DNA of 64,000 nucleotides from assembly GCF_006345805.1 (NCBI RefSeq), contig NC_043000.1, positions 74,400,001 to 74,464,000 of the forward strand, in the 5' to 3' direction. Numbering within the stretch: the first letter of the stretch is position 1; every line of letters starts with the position of its first letter. The position numbers and the translations under genes are program-made. This DNA is from Octopus sinensis. Lineage: Eukaryota. Below, piece by piece: positions 12,313 to 26,254 of the stretch. The notes under the pieces are model-generated. The model made no database searches. It saw only the letters and a list, made by a program, of their open reading frames with translations, and was not told the origin of the DNA.

Positions 12313-12715
12313 GCTCCCGAAATTCTCTCAAGGAGAACAGTGACATATTTACAGAGTAATGGATTTGTTGATGAATCTGTTCAAAAGATTGGGAATACCT
12401 GGGATTCCTGGATGCATTGAACACTGTTTTTCGATTTGGAAAGCGATCCAGGATGCCAAACAAGTCTGAACATGGTATGGTTTGACCTAGCTAATGCATA
12501 TGGCTCAGTGTCACATGAATTACTGATGAGAGCCAAGGATCACTTCCACATTCCAGACAAAGTAACCAAATTAATGAGGATATATTGTGACAGTTTTGAG
12601 ATGAGGTTAACAGCTGGAAATTTTACAACAGATTAGCACCAATTGGAGATTGGCATTGCTGCTGGCTGCACAATATGTCATATGGTTTATCTTAGTCATG
12701 AGACTTTTTTATTGT
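12313..12715 (+). mobile_element. RLE-type non-LTR RT fragment, HERO-like
   Basis: YLQSNGFVDESVQK..IPGIPGCIEH..IWKAIQDAK; SLNMVWFDLANAYGSVSH; FTTD*HQLEIGIAAGCTI. Confidence 0.7.
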
Positions 12716-12750
12716 TTTGTATCATAGTTTATTATCTGATTTTATATTGT

Positions 12751-12751
<1 letters not shown>

Positions 12752-12806
<55 letters not shown>

Positions 12807-12809
12807 GTT

Positions 12810-12840
<31 letters not shown>

Positions 12841-12866
12841 GATTATTATAGTGGTTATATATATAT

Positions 12867-12910
<44 letters not shown>

Positions 12911-12924
12911 GTTTTATATATGTT

Positions 12925-12993
<69 letters not shown>

Positions 12994-12996
12994 GTT

Positions 12997-13030
<34 letters not shown>

Positions 13031-13330
13031 CTATATATATGTTATATATATATATAATATATAATATATTATATATATTAACTATATATATATATATATA
13101 TATATATTAATATATGTTTTTATATATATAATATATAATATAATATAATGTTTATATATATGTTTTATATATATATGTTTATATAATGTTATATATGTTT
13201 TATATATATATATTATATATAATATAATATATATTTATATATATATATGTTTATATATATATATAATATATATATATGTTTATATATATTATATATATAT
13301 ATATATAATATAGGTTTATTATATGGTTAT

Positions 13331-13398
<68 letters not shown>

Positions 13399-13406
13399 TT
13401 ATATGT

Positions 13407-13437
<31 letters not shown>

Positions 13438-13442
13438 GTTTT

Positions 13443-13474
<32 letters not shown>

Positions 13475-13486
13475 ATATATATATTA

Positions 13487-13526
<40 letters not shown>

Positions 13527-13534
13527 TATATATA

Positions 13535-13568
<34 letters not shown>

Positions 13569-13586
13569 TTAAATATATATATATAT

Positions 13587-13626
<40 letters not shown>

Positions 13627-13655
13627 TATATATTTATATATATAATATATTATAT

Positions 13656-13690
<35 letters not shown>

Positions 13691-13744
13691 TTATATATAT
13701 ATTATATATATATATATGTTTATATATATATAATATATAATATA

Positions 13745-13785
<41 letters not shown>

Positions 13786-14273
13786 TATTATAGTTATATA
13801 TATATTTTATTATATATATATATTAATATATATATGTTTATATATATATATATATATATATATATGTTTATATATATATCTATATATATATATATATGTT
13901 TTATATATATATATATAATATATATGTTTATAATATATATATATATATATATATAATATATGTTTATATATATATATATATATATAATATATGTTTATAT
14001 ATATATATATATATATATGTTTATATATATATATATATATATATATATGTTTTATATATATGTATATATTATATATATATATGTATATGTATACTATATA
14101 TATATATATATAATATATATATATATAGATTATATATATGTATATATATAATATGTATATATATATAATATATATATATATGTATATTATATATATATAT
14201 ATATATGTATATAATATATATATATTATATATATTTATATATATATATTGTATATATATATATAATATGTATA

Positions 14274-14314
<41 letters not shown>

Positions 14315-14361
14315 TATAATATTATATGTATATATATATGTAATATAATATATGTATTATA

Positions 14362-14393
<32 letters not shown>

Positions 14394-14538
14394 GTATATA
14401 TATATATTATATATATATATATATGTATATATATATGTATAATATATATATATATATATATAATTATATTATATATATGTATATATATGTATTATATGTA
14501 TTATGTATATATATGTATATATTGTATATATATATATG

Positions 14539-14585
<47 letters not shown>

Positions 14586-14650
14586 GTTATATATATTATA
14601 TATATGTTATATATATTGTATATATATATGTTATATATTATATATATATA

Positions 14651-14681
<31 letters not shown>

Positions 14682-14822
14682 ATATGTATATATATTATAT
14701 GTAATATATATATATATATCTATATATATATGTTAATAATAATATCTATATGTATAGTTATAATATATATTATATATATATATATATATATCTATAATTA
14801 TGTATATATATGTATATATATG

Positions 14823-14854
<32 letters not shown>

Positions 14855-14985
14855 TATATGGTATATATATATGTATATATATATGTATATAATATATATG
14901 TCTATATATATATCTATATATCTATATATATGTATATATATGTTATATATATATGTATATATATATTTATATATATATATATATA
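12752..14985. repeat. ~2.2-kb imperfect (TA)n microsatellite
   Basis: Nearly pure TA dinucleotide, with TGTTT interruptions in the left half and TGTAT in the right half. Confidence 0.98.
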
Positions 14986-16676
14986 TCATCATCATCATCA
15001 TCATCATCATTTAGCGTCCGTTTTCCATGCTAGCATGGGTTGGACGGTTCAACTGGGGTCTGGGGAGCCCGAAGGCTGCACCAGGCCAGTCAGATCTGGC
15101 AGTGTTTCTACAGCTGGATGCCCTTCCTAACGCCAACCACTCCGAGAGTGTAGTGGGTGATTTTATGTGCCACCGACACAGGTGCCAGACGAGGCTGGCG
15201 AACGGCCACGCTCGGATGGTGTTTTTATGTGCCACCGACACAGGTGCCAGACGAGGCTGGCAGACGGCCACGCTCGGATGGTGTTTTTATGTGCCACCGA
15301 CACAGGTGCCAGATGAGGCTGGCAGGTGCAGACGAGGCTGGCAGACGGCCACGCTCGGATGGTGTTTTTATGTGCCACCGACACAGGTGCCAGATGAGGC
15401 TGGCGGACGGCCACGATCGGATGGTGTTTTGTTACGTCCCCAAAGCACGGAGGCCAGTCTATGCGGTACTGGCTACGGCCACGTTCGGATGATTTCTTGT
15501 GTGCCACCGGCACTGGTACCACAAAGATACAAATTCCATTTATGTTCATCTATTTTGATTTGTTTTGATTTGATTTGATTTTCACTTGCCTCAACAGGTC
15601 TTCACAAGTGTCACTTGCCTCAACAGGTCTTCACAAGTGTCACAAGAGGAAGGTATGCACAGGTGGACTGTCTACGTCGCCGGGTCTTCGGATGGTGTCT
15701 TTATGTGCCACCGACACAGGTGCCAGATGTGGCTGGCGAACGGCCACGATCGGATGGTTTTCTTGTGTGCCACCGGTACTGGAACCACAAAGATACAAAT
15801 TCCATTGATGTTCATCTATTTTGATTTGGTTTGATTTTCACTTGCCTCAACAGATCTTCACAAGTGTCACGCGTGTCACACACTTGCCTCAACAGGTCTC
15901 CACAAGTGTCACACACTTGCCTCTGCCTCAACAGGTCTTCACAAGTGTCACACACTTGCCTCTGCCTCAGGTCTTCACAAGTGTCATAAGAGGGAAGGTA
16001 TGCACAGGTGGACTGACTACGTCGCCGGGTCTTTGGATGGTGTTTTTTATGTGCCACCGACACAGGTGCCAGGTGAGGCTGGCGAACGGCCACGATCAGA
16101 TGGTTTTGTTGTGCCCACAGCACGGAGGCCAGTCGATGCGGTACCAGCTACGGCCACTTCGGATGGTTTTCTTGTGTGCCACCGGTACTGGAACCACAAA
16201 GATACAAATTCCATTGATATTCATCTATTTTGATTTGGTTTGATTTTCACTTGCCTCAACAGGTCTTCACAAGTGTCACACACTTGCCTCAACAGGTCTT
16301 CACAGTGTCATAAGAGGGAAGGTATGCACAGGTGGACTGACTACGTCGCCGGGTCTTCGGATGGTGTCTTTATGTGCCACCGGCACAGGTGCCAGATGAG
16401 GCTGGCGAACGGCCACGATCGGATGGTGTTTGTTGTGCCCACAGCACGGAGGCCAGTCGATGCGGTACTGGTTACGGCCACGTTTGGGTGGTTTTCTTGT
16501 GTGCCACCGGCACTGGTACCACAAAGAATACAATTCCACTGATGTTCATCTATTTTGATTTGTTTTGATTTGATTTGATTTTCACTTGCCTCAACAGGTC
16601 TTCATAAGTGTCACAAGAAGGAAGGTATGCACAGGACTGACTACGTCCCAGGTCGGGGCCACGGGTTATGGCCTGA
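14986..16676 (-). repeat. 3' UTR and (GAT)n tail of RTE LINE, made of nested tandem repeats
   Basis: Follows the RT ORF stop (16677); four ~300-345 nt units, 62-nt subunits, ~27-31 nt subunits; ends in ...aaaacggacgctaaa(tga)n at 14986-15010. Confidence 0.9.
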
Positions 16677-19600
16677 CTAGTCTTGCCGGGTCTTCTCATG
16701 CACAGCATACTTCCATAGGTCTCGGTCTCTAGACATTTCCTTAGTGAGACCTAAAGTTCGAAGGTCGTGCTTCACCACCTCGTCCCAGGTTTTCCTGGGT
16801 CTACCTCTTCCACAGGTTCCCTCCACTGCTAGGGTGTAGCACTTTTGCACACAACTATCTTCAGCCTTTCTTGTCACATGACCATACCAGCGCAGCCGTC
16901 TCTCTTGCACGCCACAACTGACGCTTCTTAGGTTCAGCTTTTCTCTCAAGGAACTTACACTCTGACGATTATGAACACTGACATTACACATCCATCGGAG
17001 CATACTGGCTTCATTTCTTGCGAGCTTACGCATATCCTCAGCAGTCACGGCCCATGTTTCACTACCATGTAGCATGGCTGTACGTACACATGCATCATAC
17101 AGTCTGCCTTTTACTCTGAGCGAGAGGCCTTTTGTCACCAGCAGGGGTAAGAGCTCTCTAAACTTTGCCCAGGCTATTCTTACTCTAGCAGTTACACTTT
17201 CAGCACACCCACCCCCGCTACTGACTTGGTCTCCTAGGTAGCGGAAGCTATCAACTACTTCTAGTTTGTCTCCCTGGAACGTGGCAGAAGTTGGTCTCTG
17301 CATATTTCCAGTGTTTATTGCTCCTGAGCATTTGCCACAGACAAAAACTATTTTCCTAGTTAGCCTTCCTTTGACATTGCTGCACCTCTTATGTGTCCAT
17401 AGCTTACACTTGGTGCATCTTATAGAGTTTCTACCTACACCTTTTTTACAGATCGAGCAGGGCCATCTACCTGAAGGCGTTTGTGATTGATCTACCTTCC
17501 TACTTATTAGAACTTTGGTTTTGGCTAGGTTGATTCTAAGGCCCTTCGATTCTAATCCTTGTTTCCACACCTGGAACTTCTCCTCCAGTTCTGATAGTGA
17601 CTCAGCAATTAGAGCAAGGTCATCAGCATAGAGGAGCTCCCAGGGGCAACCTGTCTTGAATTCCTCCGTTATTGCCTGGAGGACTATGATAAATAGGAGG
17701 GGACTGAGGACTGAACCTTGGTGGACCCCAACCTCTACCCGGAATTCTTCACTGTACTCGTTGCCCACCCTCACCTTACTAGCAGCGTCTCTGTACATGG
17801 CTTGCACAGCTCTCACCAACCATTCTTCTATCCCTAGTTTCCTCATTGACCACCAGATAAGGGACCGGGGGACCCTGTCAAAGGCTTTCTCCAAGTCAAC
17901 AAAAGCCAGGTACAAGGCTTATCTTTGGCTAGGTATTTCTCCTGCAGCTGTCTTACCAGGAATATAGCATCAGTAGTACTTTTCCCTGGCACGAACCCAA
18001 ACTGCATATCATCTAAGGTAACTCTCTCTCTAATTAGTTGGGCTACAACCCTCTCCGTAACCTTCATTACCTGATCCAGCAGCTTGATGCCCCTGTAGTT
18101 ATTTGTCTCTAGGGCGTCGCCTTTACCTTTGTAGCAGTTGACTATTATGCTGCTACACACCAGTCATTGGGTATGACCCCCTCGTGTATCACCTGGTTAA
18201 CTATACGGGTGACTAAGCTATAGCCGACACCACCAGATATTTTGAGCATCTCTGCAGTAATTCCTGATGGGCCTGGGGCTTTCCCTGTTTTCATGCTTCT
18301 AATTGCCTTATCTACTAAGGAACTGTTAACTCGGATTGCTGGTCCCTCTGTTGGGTCGACATTCGGCAGACTCTCTTTATCCCATTCATTTTCTTCATTC
18401 AGCAACCTATCATAGTGGCGTCTCCAAGTCTCTCTCTTGCACCCTCATTAAGTGCAAGTGAACCGTCCTCCTTGCGAACACATTTCTCTCCTACCACGTC
18501 ACGATTCTCTCTCACACACTGTCTTGCAACACGAAATACCTCAAGTCTTTCATCCTCACGACGCAGGACATTGGCAAATTTTTCCTTCTCTGCTTCCCCC
18601 CCTGGCTAGATAGACCTGTCTCCTGGCTTCCCTTCTGGCAGACTGATACACTTCCCTGCTACCACCGTTCTTCCAGGCCTTCCAAGCCTGTTCTTTTGTC
18701 TAATAGCCCTGTCAACAATATTGTTCCACCACCACGTTATTTTGGGTCTTAAGGGGACTTTGCACCCAGCCACAGATCTGGTCAGCGGCTTTCAGCAGGT
18801 TGTCCCTCAGAAGCGTCCAGTTGTCTTCTACCCATGCGTAGCTATACTCCCTTCCATTTTCGTCTAAAGCTTCAAATAACATATCTCTAAATCTCTGTCC
18901 ATTCGCAGGGTCTTTAAGCTTCCAGACCCTTCTTCTCCATGTTGGTCGTCTTCTAGTCGCCCTCTTAGTCCTGATCCTAAAGTCACTAACTACCAGTCTA
19001 TGTTGTGGGGTGCATTCTTCACTTGGGAAGGTTTTGGCATTTATAAGCAGCCATCTTTCCCTTTTTCTGGCAAGGATGTAGTCGATTTGGCTAGTATGCC
19101 GGCCCGATCGGTAGGTGACCAGGTGGCTTGTCGGTTTCCTGAAGTTAGTGTTGCAAATCATAAGACTATTCGCATCGCAGAACTCCAGCAGCCTGGTTCC
19201 CTCCTCGTTGCGGGAACCATAACCGTAGCCTCCATGCACGCCATGGAAGCCCCCAGCACGTCGTCCAACATGCCCATTGAAGTCACCAGCCACAAAGAGA
19301 AGGTCCCTGTCGTTCGTCAATGATGTGGTCTGCAGTAGGGTGTCATAGAAACAGTCTTTCTGTCCATCAGGTAGCCCTGGCTGAGGGGCATAGGCCGATA
19401 TAATAGTTGCTAAACTATGGTGGAGCACTAATCTAATCTTAATTATTCTGTCACTTACTCTGACTACCTCGATTACCTTATCTACCCATTTTTCGGCGAT
19501 AAGCATGCCCACACCCCACCCCCGACTCCGTCAGTATTCCCAGCCCAGAAAATCTTGTACCTCTGTCCTTTGCCTGTGAGGAACCTAGCAGAACCTCCTC

Positions 19601-19745
19601 TCCACCTCACTTCTTGAATGCAGCATATATCAACCCACCTCCGTTCAAGCAATTCAACTATCTCGCCAGATCTGCCTTTCAGTGTGCCGACGTTGAGGGT
19701 GCCAACCCTGGCTGTGGTGGAGTGGTGTGGTGGGATTGATGGTGA
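16677..19745 (-). mobile_element. Near-full-length RTE-clade LINE (APE + RT with PHD insertion), about 6 frameshifts
   Basis: GTLNVGTLKGR, CCIQEVRW, SAYAPQPG, AGDFNGHVG, SQIDYIL, QHRLVV (APE); NYRGIKLL, QFGFVPGKSTTDAIF, AFVDLEKAFDRVP, HQGSVLSPLLF, YADD (17619-17630), FRYLG; C4HC3 motif at 17328-17459. Confidence 0.95.
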
Positions 19746-19939
19746 TACATAAATAAAGTACCTATCATGTACTGAAAAGAAAACTCGCGTTGGCAGTATC
19801 AATACAACAATGGAACTTAAGTTCAAACCTCGTATACAACACTAAACATATCTTGCAATGACTGAACACTACCTTTTATGGAAGGTGGGGGTGGCGTAAG
19901 ACTTTGAGTGTATAAGGGAGACAAGATGAGAAAAATTTA

Positions 19940-20010
19940 GGACTTCCTGTACCGGTGGTGGGGGTGGGAGGGCGGTGCACCGCGAAAACCGGGCGGCAGC
20001 CATTTCTTCC
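19940..20010. promoter_or_regulatory. Small CpG-rich promoter-like patch
   Basis: acttcctg (ETS-like, 19942), gggcgg GC boxes, ccgcgaaaa (E2F-like, 19980), gcagccattt (YY1-like) clustered in an otherwise AT-rich region. Motif matches only. Confidence 0.3.
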
Positions 20011-20965
20011 TTCCTTGGGAGAGAAATAGTTATTAGTAGCTATAAATAAATACCTAAATTTTGCCTAACCTATGGGAGAAGCGTGGACGATAAGGAGCTA
20101 TAAATTATAAATACATTTATTCTATATCTACGAGGCGTGAGACTGATCGATAAAATAAAATAAAATTAGGGGCAAGCTTTAAGATTAAATATATATTTAA
20201 CACAAGACATGAGACAACGATATATAATTAAGATGAACTATAGAATTATATGTACATATAAAAAAGACACAAGGCGTGAGGCTAAATTTCACAAGTCATA
20301 ACAATAATACTAATAGAGATAAAACAGGGCTAACTAAAAGATCAGATCAGTTGCAGATAGTTAAGTAGGTACACGGGTTGAAATTAAATATAGATTGCTT
20401 AGCTTGGATTCATATTTCGTATTTCGTATTTTCGTAGGGAGTCGGATACCAGTCTGAATTCAAGTGAGGCCGTTGAAATCAGTCGCTGGTTTATGCATAT
20501 AGGGTTGCGGAGAAAGGGGGCGAATGGCGATCGAAAGAGATATAAGACAATTGAAGAGGAACGGGGGGTCGTGGCCCACCAAGAAATCGGCCGGCAGCCA
20601 TTTCTTCCTTCCTTGGGAGAGAAATAGTTATTAGTAGCTATAAATAAATACCTAAATTTTGCCTAACCTATGGGAGAAGCGTGGACGATAAGAGCTATAA
20701 ATTATAAATACATTTATTCTATATCTACGAGGCGTGAGACTGATCGATAAAATAAAATAAAATTAGGGGCAAGCTTTAAGATTAAATATATATTTAACAC
20801 AAGACATGAGACAACGATATATAATTAAGATGAACTATAGAATTATATGTACATATAAAAAAAAAAAGACACAAGGCGTGAGGCTAAATTTCACAAGTCA
20901 TAACAATAATACTAATAGAGATAAAACAGGGCTAACTAAAAGATCAGATCAGTTGCAGATAGTTA
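19994..20965. repeat. Pair of ~370-bp near-identical direct repeats (19994-20363, 20592-20965) around a 228-bp spacer
   Basis: Direct alignment from cggcagccatttc to gatagtta; differences I saw were a 1-nt indel and an A-run length change. Confidence 0.9.
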
Positions 20966-21037
20966 TATGTATATATAATATAATGTATATATATGTATAT
21001 ATATATATGTATATAATTATATGTATATATAGATATG

Positions 21038-21076
<39 letters not shown>

Positions 21077-21110
21077 CTATATATGTATATATAGATGTAT
21101 AATATATATG

Positions 21111-21147
<37 letters not shown>

Positions 21148-21185
21148 GTTATATAATGTATATATATATATGTAATATATATATT

Positions 21186-21226
<41 letters not shown>

Positions 21227-21280
21227 GTAGTATATATATATATGTATATATTGTATAATATATATATGTATATATATATG

Positions 21281-21314
<34 letters not shown>

Positions 21315-21634
21315 GTAATAATATATGTATATATATGTATATATATAATGTATTATATATGTATATTATATATATATATATATATGTATAGTATATATAT
21401 ATATATATGTAATATATATGTATATAGATGTATATTATTATGTATATATATATATGTATATATATGTATATATATAATGTATATATATATGTATATATAT
21501 ATATGTAATATATATATGTATATATATATGTATATATATATGTATAAATAATGTATATATTATTATATATATATATATGTATATATATATTGTATATAAT
21601 ATATATGTATATATTATATATGTATATATATATG

Positions 21635-21665
<31 letters not shown>

Positions 21666-21698
21666 GTATATATATAATATAATGTATATATTATATTG

Positions 21699-21743
<45 letters not shown>

Positions 21744-21946
21744 GTATATATTATTATATAATATGTATATTATATATATGTATATATATAATGTATATGT
21801 ATATATGTATATATGTATATGTATATATGTATATGTATAATGTATATGTATATATGTATATGTATATATGTATATGTATATATGTATATGTATATAGTAT
21901 ATGTATATGTATATATGTATATGTATATATGTATATATATATAATA

Positions 21947-21981
<35 letters not shown>

Positions 21982-22010
21982 AGATATATATATATATATA
22001 TGTATGTATG
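20966..22010. repeat. ~1-kb imperfect (TA)n/(TATG)n microsatellite
   Basis: Direct observation. Confidence 0.97.
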
Positions 22011-22174
22011 TAATGCAAGTTTCATTCAAAACTTTAAATTGATATAATGGTAATTTGTGGTAAAATTCCTAATTATAAGCATACATATTAAAAATATTTT
22101 GGTTCAAGACATTTTATTGAGAAATATGTATGAAAATATTTATTTTGAAGTTGAACAATAAATTTTCTAAAATT

Positions 22175-22299
22175 GGTCTGTACAGATCTAAAATTGATTG
22201 GTATAAATTGGTTGGTACAAATCTAAAATTGATCGGTAAAAATCTAATATTGGTCAGTGCAAATCTAATATTGGTCAGTACAAATCTAAAGTTGGTTGG
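22175..22299. repeat. 21-bp minisatellite, about 6 copies
   Basis: ggtcagtacaaatctaa(a/t)att repeated with variants. Confidence 0.8.
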
Positions 22300-22344
22300 G
22301 AAACACTATATATTTGTTTGTGTGTATGTGTATGTTACTGATTC

Positions 22345-22560
22345 CTTGCCTTGTTATAACATGATAGTTGTAAATGAGTGTCACCACCATTTAAGTGGTG
22401 ACCTTCATTTTCAATCTTCCTTGAAAACAGGTCTGATCATGGGGAAATTATTGCCTCACTTAGAAATAGGTGAGTGTTGGTGACAGGACCATAGAAAATC
22501 TGCTTTCAAAAATTTCATCTGATCCATGCAAATATGGAAAAGTGAACATTAAAATGATGT
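22345..22560 (+). mobile_element. Degenerate SINE/LINE 3'-tail fragment ending in a (TGA/TGG)n tail
   Basis: Similar to 62130-62305; ends ...atccatgcaaatatggaaaagtgaacattaaaatgatg like the RTE tail. Confidence 0.45.
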
Positions 22561-25500
22561 TGGTGGAAGTGATGGTGGTGGTGGTGGTGGTGCTGCTGCT
22601 GCTGCTGTTGCTTCATTCACAGATAAAAGAACATTGACTTTGAACTTTTGACTTACTGTCAGAATTCCAGACTTCTTTATTAGTGGAGAAGCATAACTAT
22701 TTTCTTTTTAAAATTAAGTTTTAAAGTTTCTAAAGTATAATTGATTAGATTGATCTCGGTGCATTTCTTATCAGTGGGGGCTTAATTTATCAACCTTGAT
22801 AAAATAAAAAGCAAGGTGTTCCTAAGCATATTTTGAACTCTGAGCATCAGGGATGTAACCAAAGACCACAAAATATGCCTGATACTCTACGAATTCCACC
22901 ATCCACCTGCTATTATAATATTGCATATGTTTGTTAGAGTATAAGAAGTAGTATCATGTTCTATTATTTCTTTGTATTAATTATGTTCATTTCAAGCAGT
23001 GATACCATTAAAATCAGTATTTGAGTCAAGTACATTATATTTGGATTTTTGCTAGTGTTCAATGCTGCTTTATTTAAATCAAGCCTGACTTATATAGTTG
23101 CATAAGTTACTATTATGATTGGAGCTATCTGAATGTCACTTTAACTGAGGAGTGCAGTTGTATTGTCAGCAAAATGAAGTCTATCTACATTTGTGACATG
23201 TGTTTTGGAAATAAGGGTGGATTAAGTATTGAACAATGCAGAACATCATGAATGAAGGTAATAATACCTAGAAATCTGGAGCTACTCAGTTCTTAGAACT
23301 TGATCATATCTGCTACCTAATTTTTTAACTACATTTTCTATACCTTGTATACCAAATTGTGATTTTTTAATGTCAGTATTTGGTGGTCTATGAAATAAAA
23401 AGCCTTTTTGCATTTAGAAATATTGCAAAACATAATGATGGGTTTTATTCAGGTAAATTGTCACTTGCATCAGCTTTACCAAGCTTTTCAACTACATAAA
23501 CATGCATCAATTTCATTATATTATTTACATATTTATTTCTAAAATTTCTCCATTGTAAAATCCCAACTGTATATCAATAACATATACTAATTTAATGCTG
23601 TTTGTATTTTGGCACAATTTCCTTAATTTCTTACTATAATTCTTATGCAAATCCTTTTTTTCCAAATAGCAGAATAGAAATTAAATTAGAATTCAGTCTA
23701 TTTAATTCTACTTCTATTCTTCCAAAATACAACTCTGAAAAAAAAAAGTTATTATTCAATAAATACTATTGTTTCAAAATATTAACTACACTAAATTTTT
23801 CCTTCTACTTATATATATATAATCAGCCGAAATTGCTAGGATGATCCGGTTCTTGACTGAAGATTGAAGGCTTCGAATGTCCCGTCCGTGTTTTTTGTAT
23901 CGTCTTCTAAATGTTTTACATCCTTGTCCCAGTTTGCATTTTTCTACATATAATATATATATATACATACATGCACACACACATTTTCATTGACAAAAAA
24001 TGTCATCATTGCAATGATGACAGAAAAAAAAGATATTCAACTTGTGTGTTCAAAATCTGAGTCAACAATGATAGTGTGTTGTAGTAGTCATCACATTCCT
24101 TAGCTGTGTGAGTGACATAGATTCCTGTAAGTTGGCTTCACAAGTCAGTTACCAAACAAATCATTTATATATACCTGATGACCTGTCAGAGAAAAGGTAT
24201 CAAAGACAAAATCATTAATAGCATTCCAATATGTTATCTATTCCAAAAATGGTTAGGTTGTTGACTATAACTTTGATGGTCAGACTAGTTATTGATAAAA
24301 CAAGTTCTTAATGTGTTTGTCAGGAACCTAAATGGTTAGATGCATGCTGATGTAGGAGTACTGTATGATTGATAGATATTTTGTTAAACGTTGTGTTTTA
24401 ATATTTCTATGAGCTTAAAAATTACCAAGACTACCAGTAGTCAATCCTCCCATGACTACTTTAATAATACAAAGGTTGAAAAAAAATGATTCAGGAAGTA
24501 TATTGTTATAACATGTTTTTGAATTTGAGCTACCTTTTTACTGTAGACCAACGAACTCTGTACTTAGGTAAATATAGCAGGATTTGATCTTGTAAATGTA
24601 CGGATAGTAGTTAGCCTCCTTAATGAAAATCAAAATTAAGTTAGGCGACCTACCATAATATCATGCTGTTAATTTAGGCATGAAAACAACAAATGACATC
24701 TGATAAAGTTTCAGACATTTCATTGCATCCCTTTATATTCTTTGTTCAAATCTGTTTAAAGTTTCTGACTTCCATCTGAAGTAAAAAAAATTAAGTACTA
24801 ATCAAATACTGAAAGCATGTAAACTATCTATGCCTTCACTGAAAATTTCTTGCCTTATCATTAATTTAGAAGTAGAAGGTCAACTGGACTTATATGTACA
24901 AAAAAATATGTAATCCAAAGACTATCATGTTTAACCAAATTCTTAGCATTTTAGCATTGATAAATAATTAATTCATAGAAGAATTCTACAGATTTTGCCC
25001 TTAGTACTACTTTATCTCAGAGTGGACAATATTGCATATTAATTTCTTTTGCAAATTGTTGTTGCTGTTTTGCTGCCAGAGCAATTAAATGTACTCTCAC
25101 TACAATAAATGTTTGTGCAAGAAGCAGATAACTGAAATTATTACAAGTGCAATTTAGAGATTGACAAGATTTCTGGTATGTTGGATGAATAGTATTTTGT
25201 GTGTATGTGTGTGTGTGTGTTCCACTTGTAGAAATAATGTTACTCTGTTCATAAACATGAAATATATAAACCAAGAAAATAATCTGACAGAGGTTTAGGA
25301 AATATAGCTTTAGAAATTTTTAGTAACTCCCATTACGCCAAACAAACTAGTCTTTTTTTTTTTTCAATTTACTGATTTTCTTTTTTACATTTATATTCAG
25401 TTGGTTAGCATGAAGATGTGTAAAACTGCATCCCATTTTCTCATTCATAACTCATTTGTGGTCAGTTAGTATATTTTTCTTTTCTTTTAGAATATATTAA

Positions 25501-26254
25501 AGTTCTTGTAATATGTACATATTTAAGGTGTATTTTTTAAGTAAGATTTTCAAGTTCTAAGTAAGATTTACAAACTTCTTTCTCTGTTTTAGTATGTATT
25601 AATATTCTTCTAATATGTATATATCTAAGCATTTATTTTCCAATTTCTAAGTAAGATTTTCATTACTCTCTTTGAGGGTACTGACTTTCTTCCCTAGTTC
25701 TCTGACTTCCTTTATATCTTACCATTGGTCAACATTATGGCATGCTACTTACTTGTGTCCATTTGCTATTGGGATATATGAATATTGATGCAGCTAGATT
25801 ATATGGACTGCTATTTTTTCTTTTAAATATGTAACAAAATTTACTGTGTTTTATCACTGTTCCCCTTTTACTCATTCTTAACTCATTTTAGAATATGTGT
25901 AATATGTATGTATTTAAGTGTATTTTTTTAAGTAAAATTTTCAACCATTATTTTCAAATTCTAGGTAAGATTTTCATTTGTCTCTTAGAGATTTACAAAC
26001 TTACATCTCTATTTTCTCTTCTCTTTCAGCCTTTCACCCACCCATCACAGCTAGTATTTTTTTTATTCCATTTATTTATTTACTTGGCCTTGAATTTTTG
26101 ATCTGGGGAAAATTATGGTTCAATTAAGCCTTAATATTAATATTTGTATATCTTGATAATGTGCAAGAGCAGGCAAATATTTCTCTCCTTTTCAGATGCT
26201 CAGAGCTACTCTCTAGCTTCTTACTTGCTCTTCCTATCAAATTTGCAACCATAG

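Noticed and set aside
12643-15014. Many ORFs of YIYIYI type (also 3819-4241, 5352-5552, 20806-22029)
   Set aside because: Translations of (TA)n microsatellite, not genes.
15011-16568. Cys/His-rich ORFs and HDV-like or CRISPR-like appearance of the repeats
   Set aside because: ORFs come from stop-poor tandem repeats. gccagcctcgtctggc resembles HDV P3/L3, but I could not build P1, P2 or P4. No unique spacers or cas genes, and the context is eukaryotic.
19994-20965. Call as an LTR retrotransposon or TRIM
   Set aside because: No TG...CA termini, canonical PBS or TSD; kept only as direct repeats.
23822-23940. ctgaaga...cgaatgtc and cagccgaaa motifs resembling a hammerhead
   Set aside because: Stems I and II cannot be paired convincingly; left as an unclassified repeat remnant.
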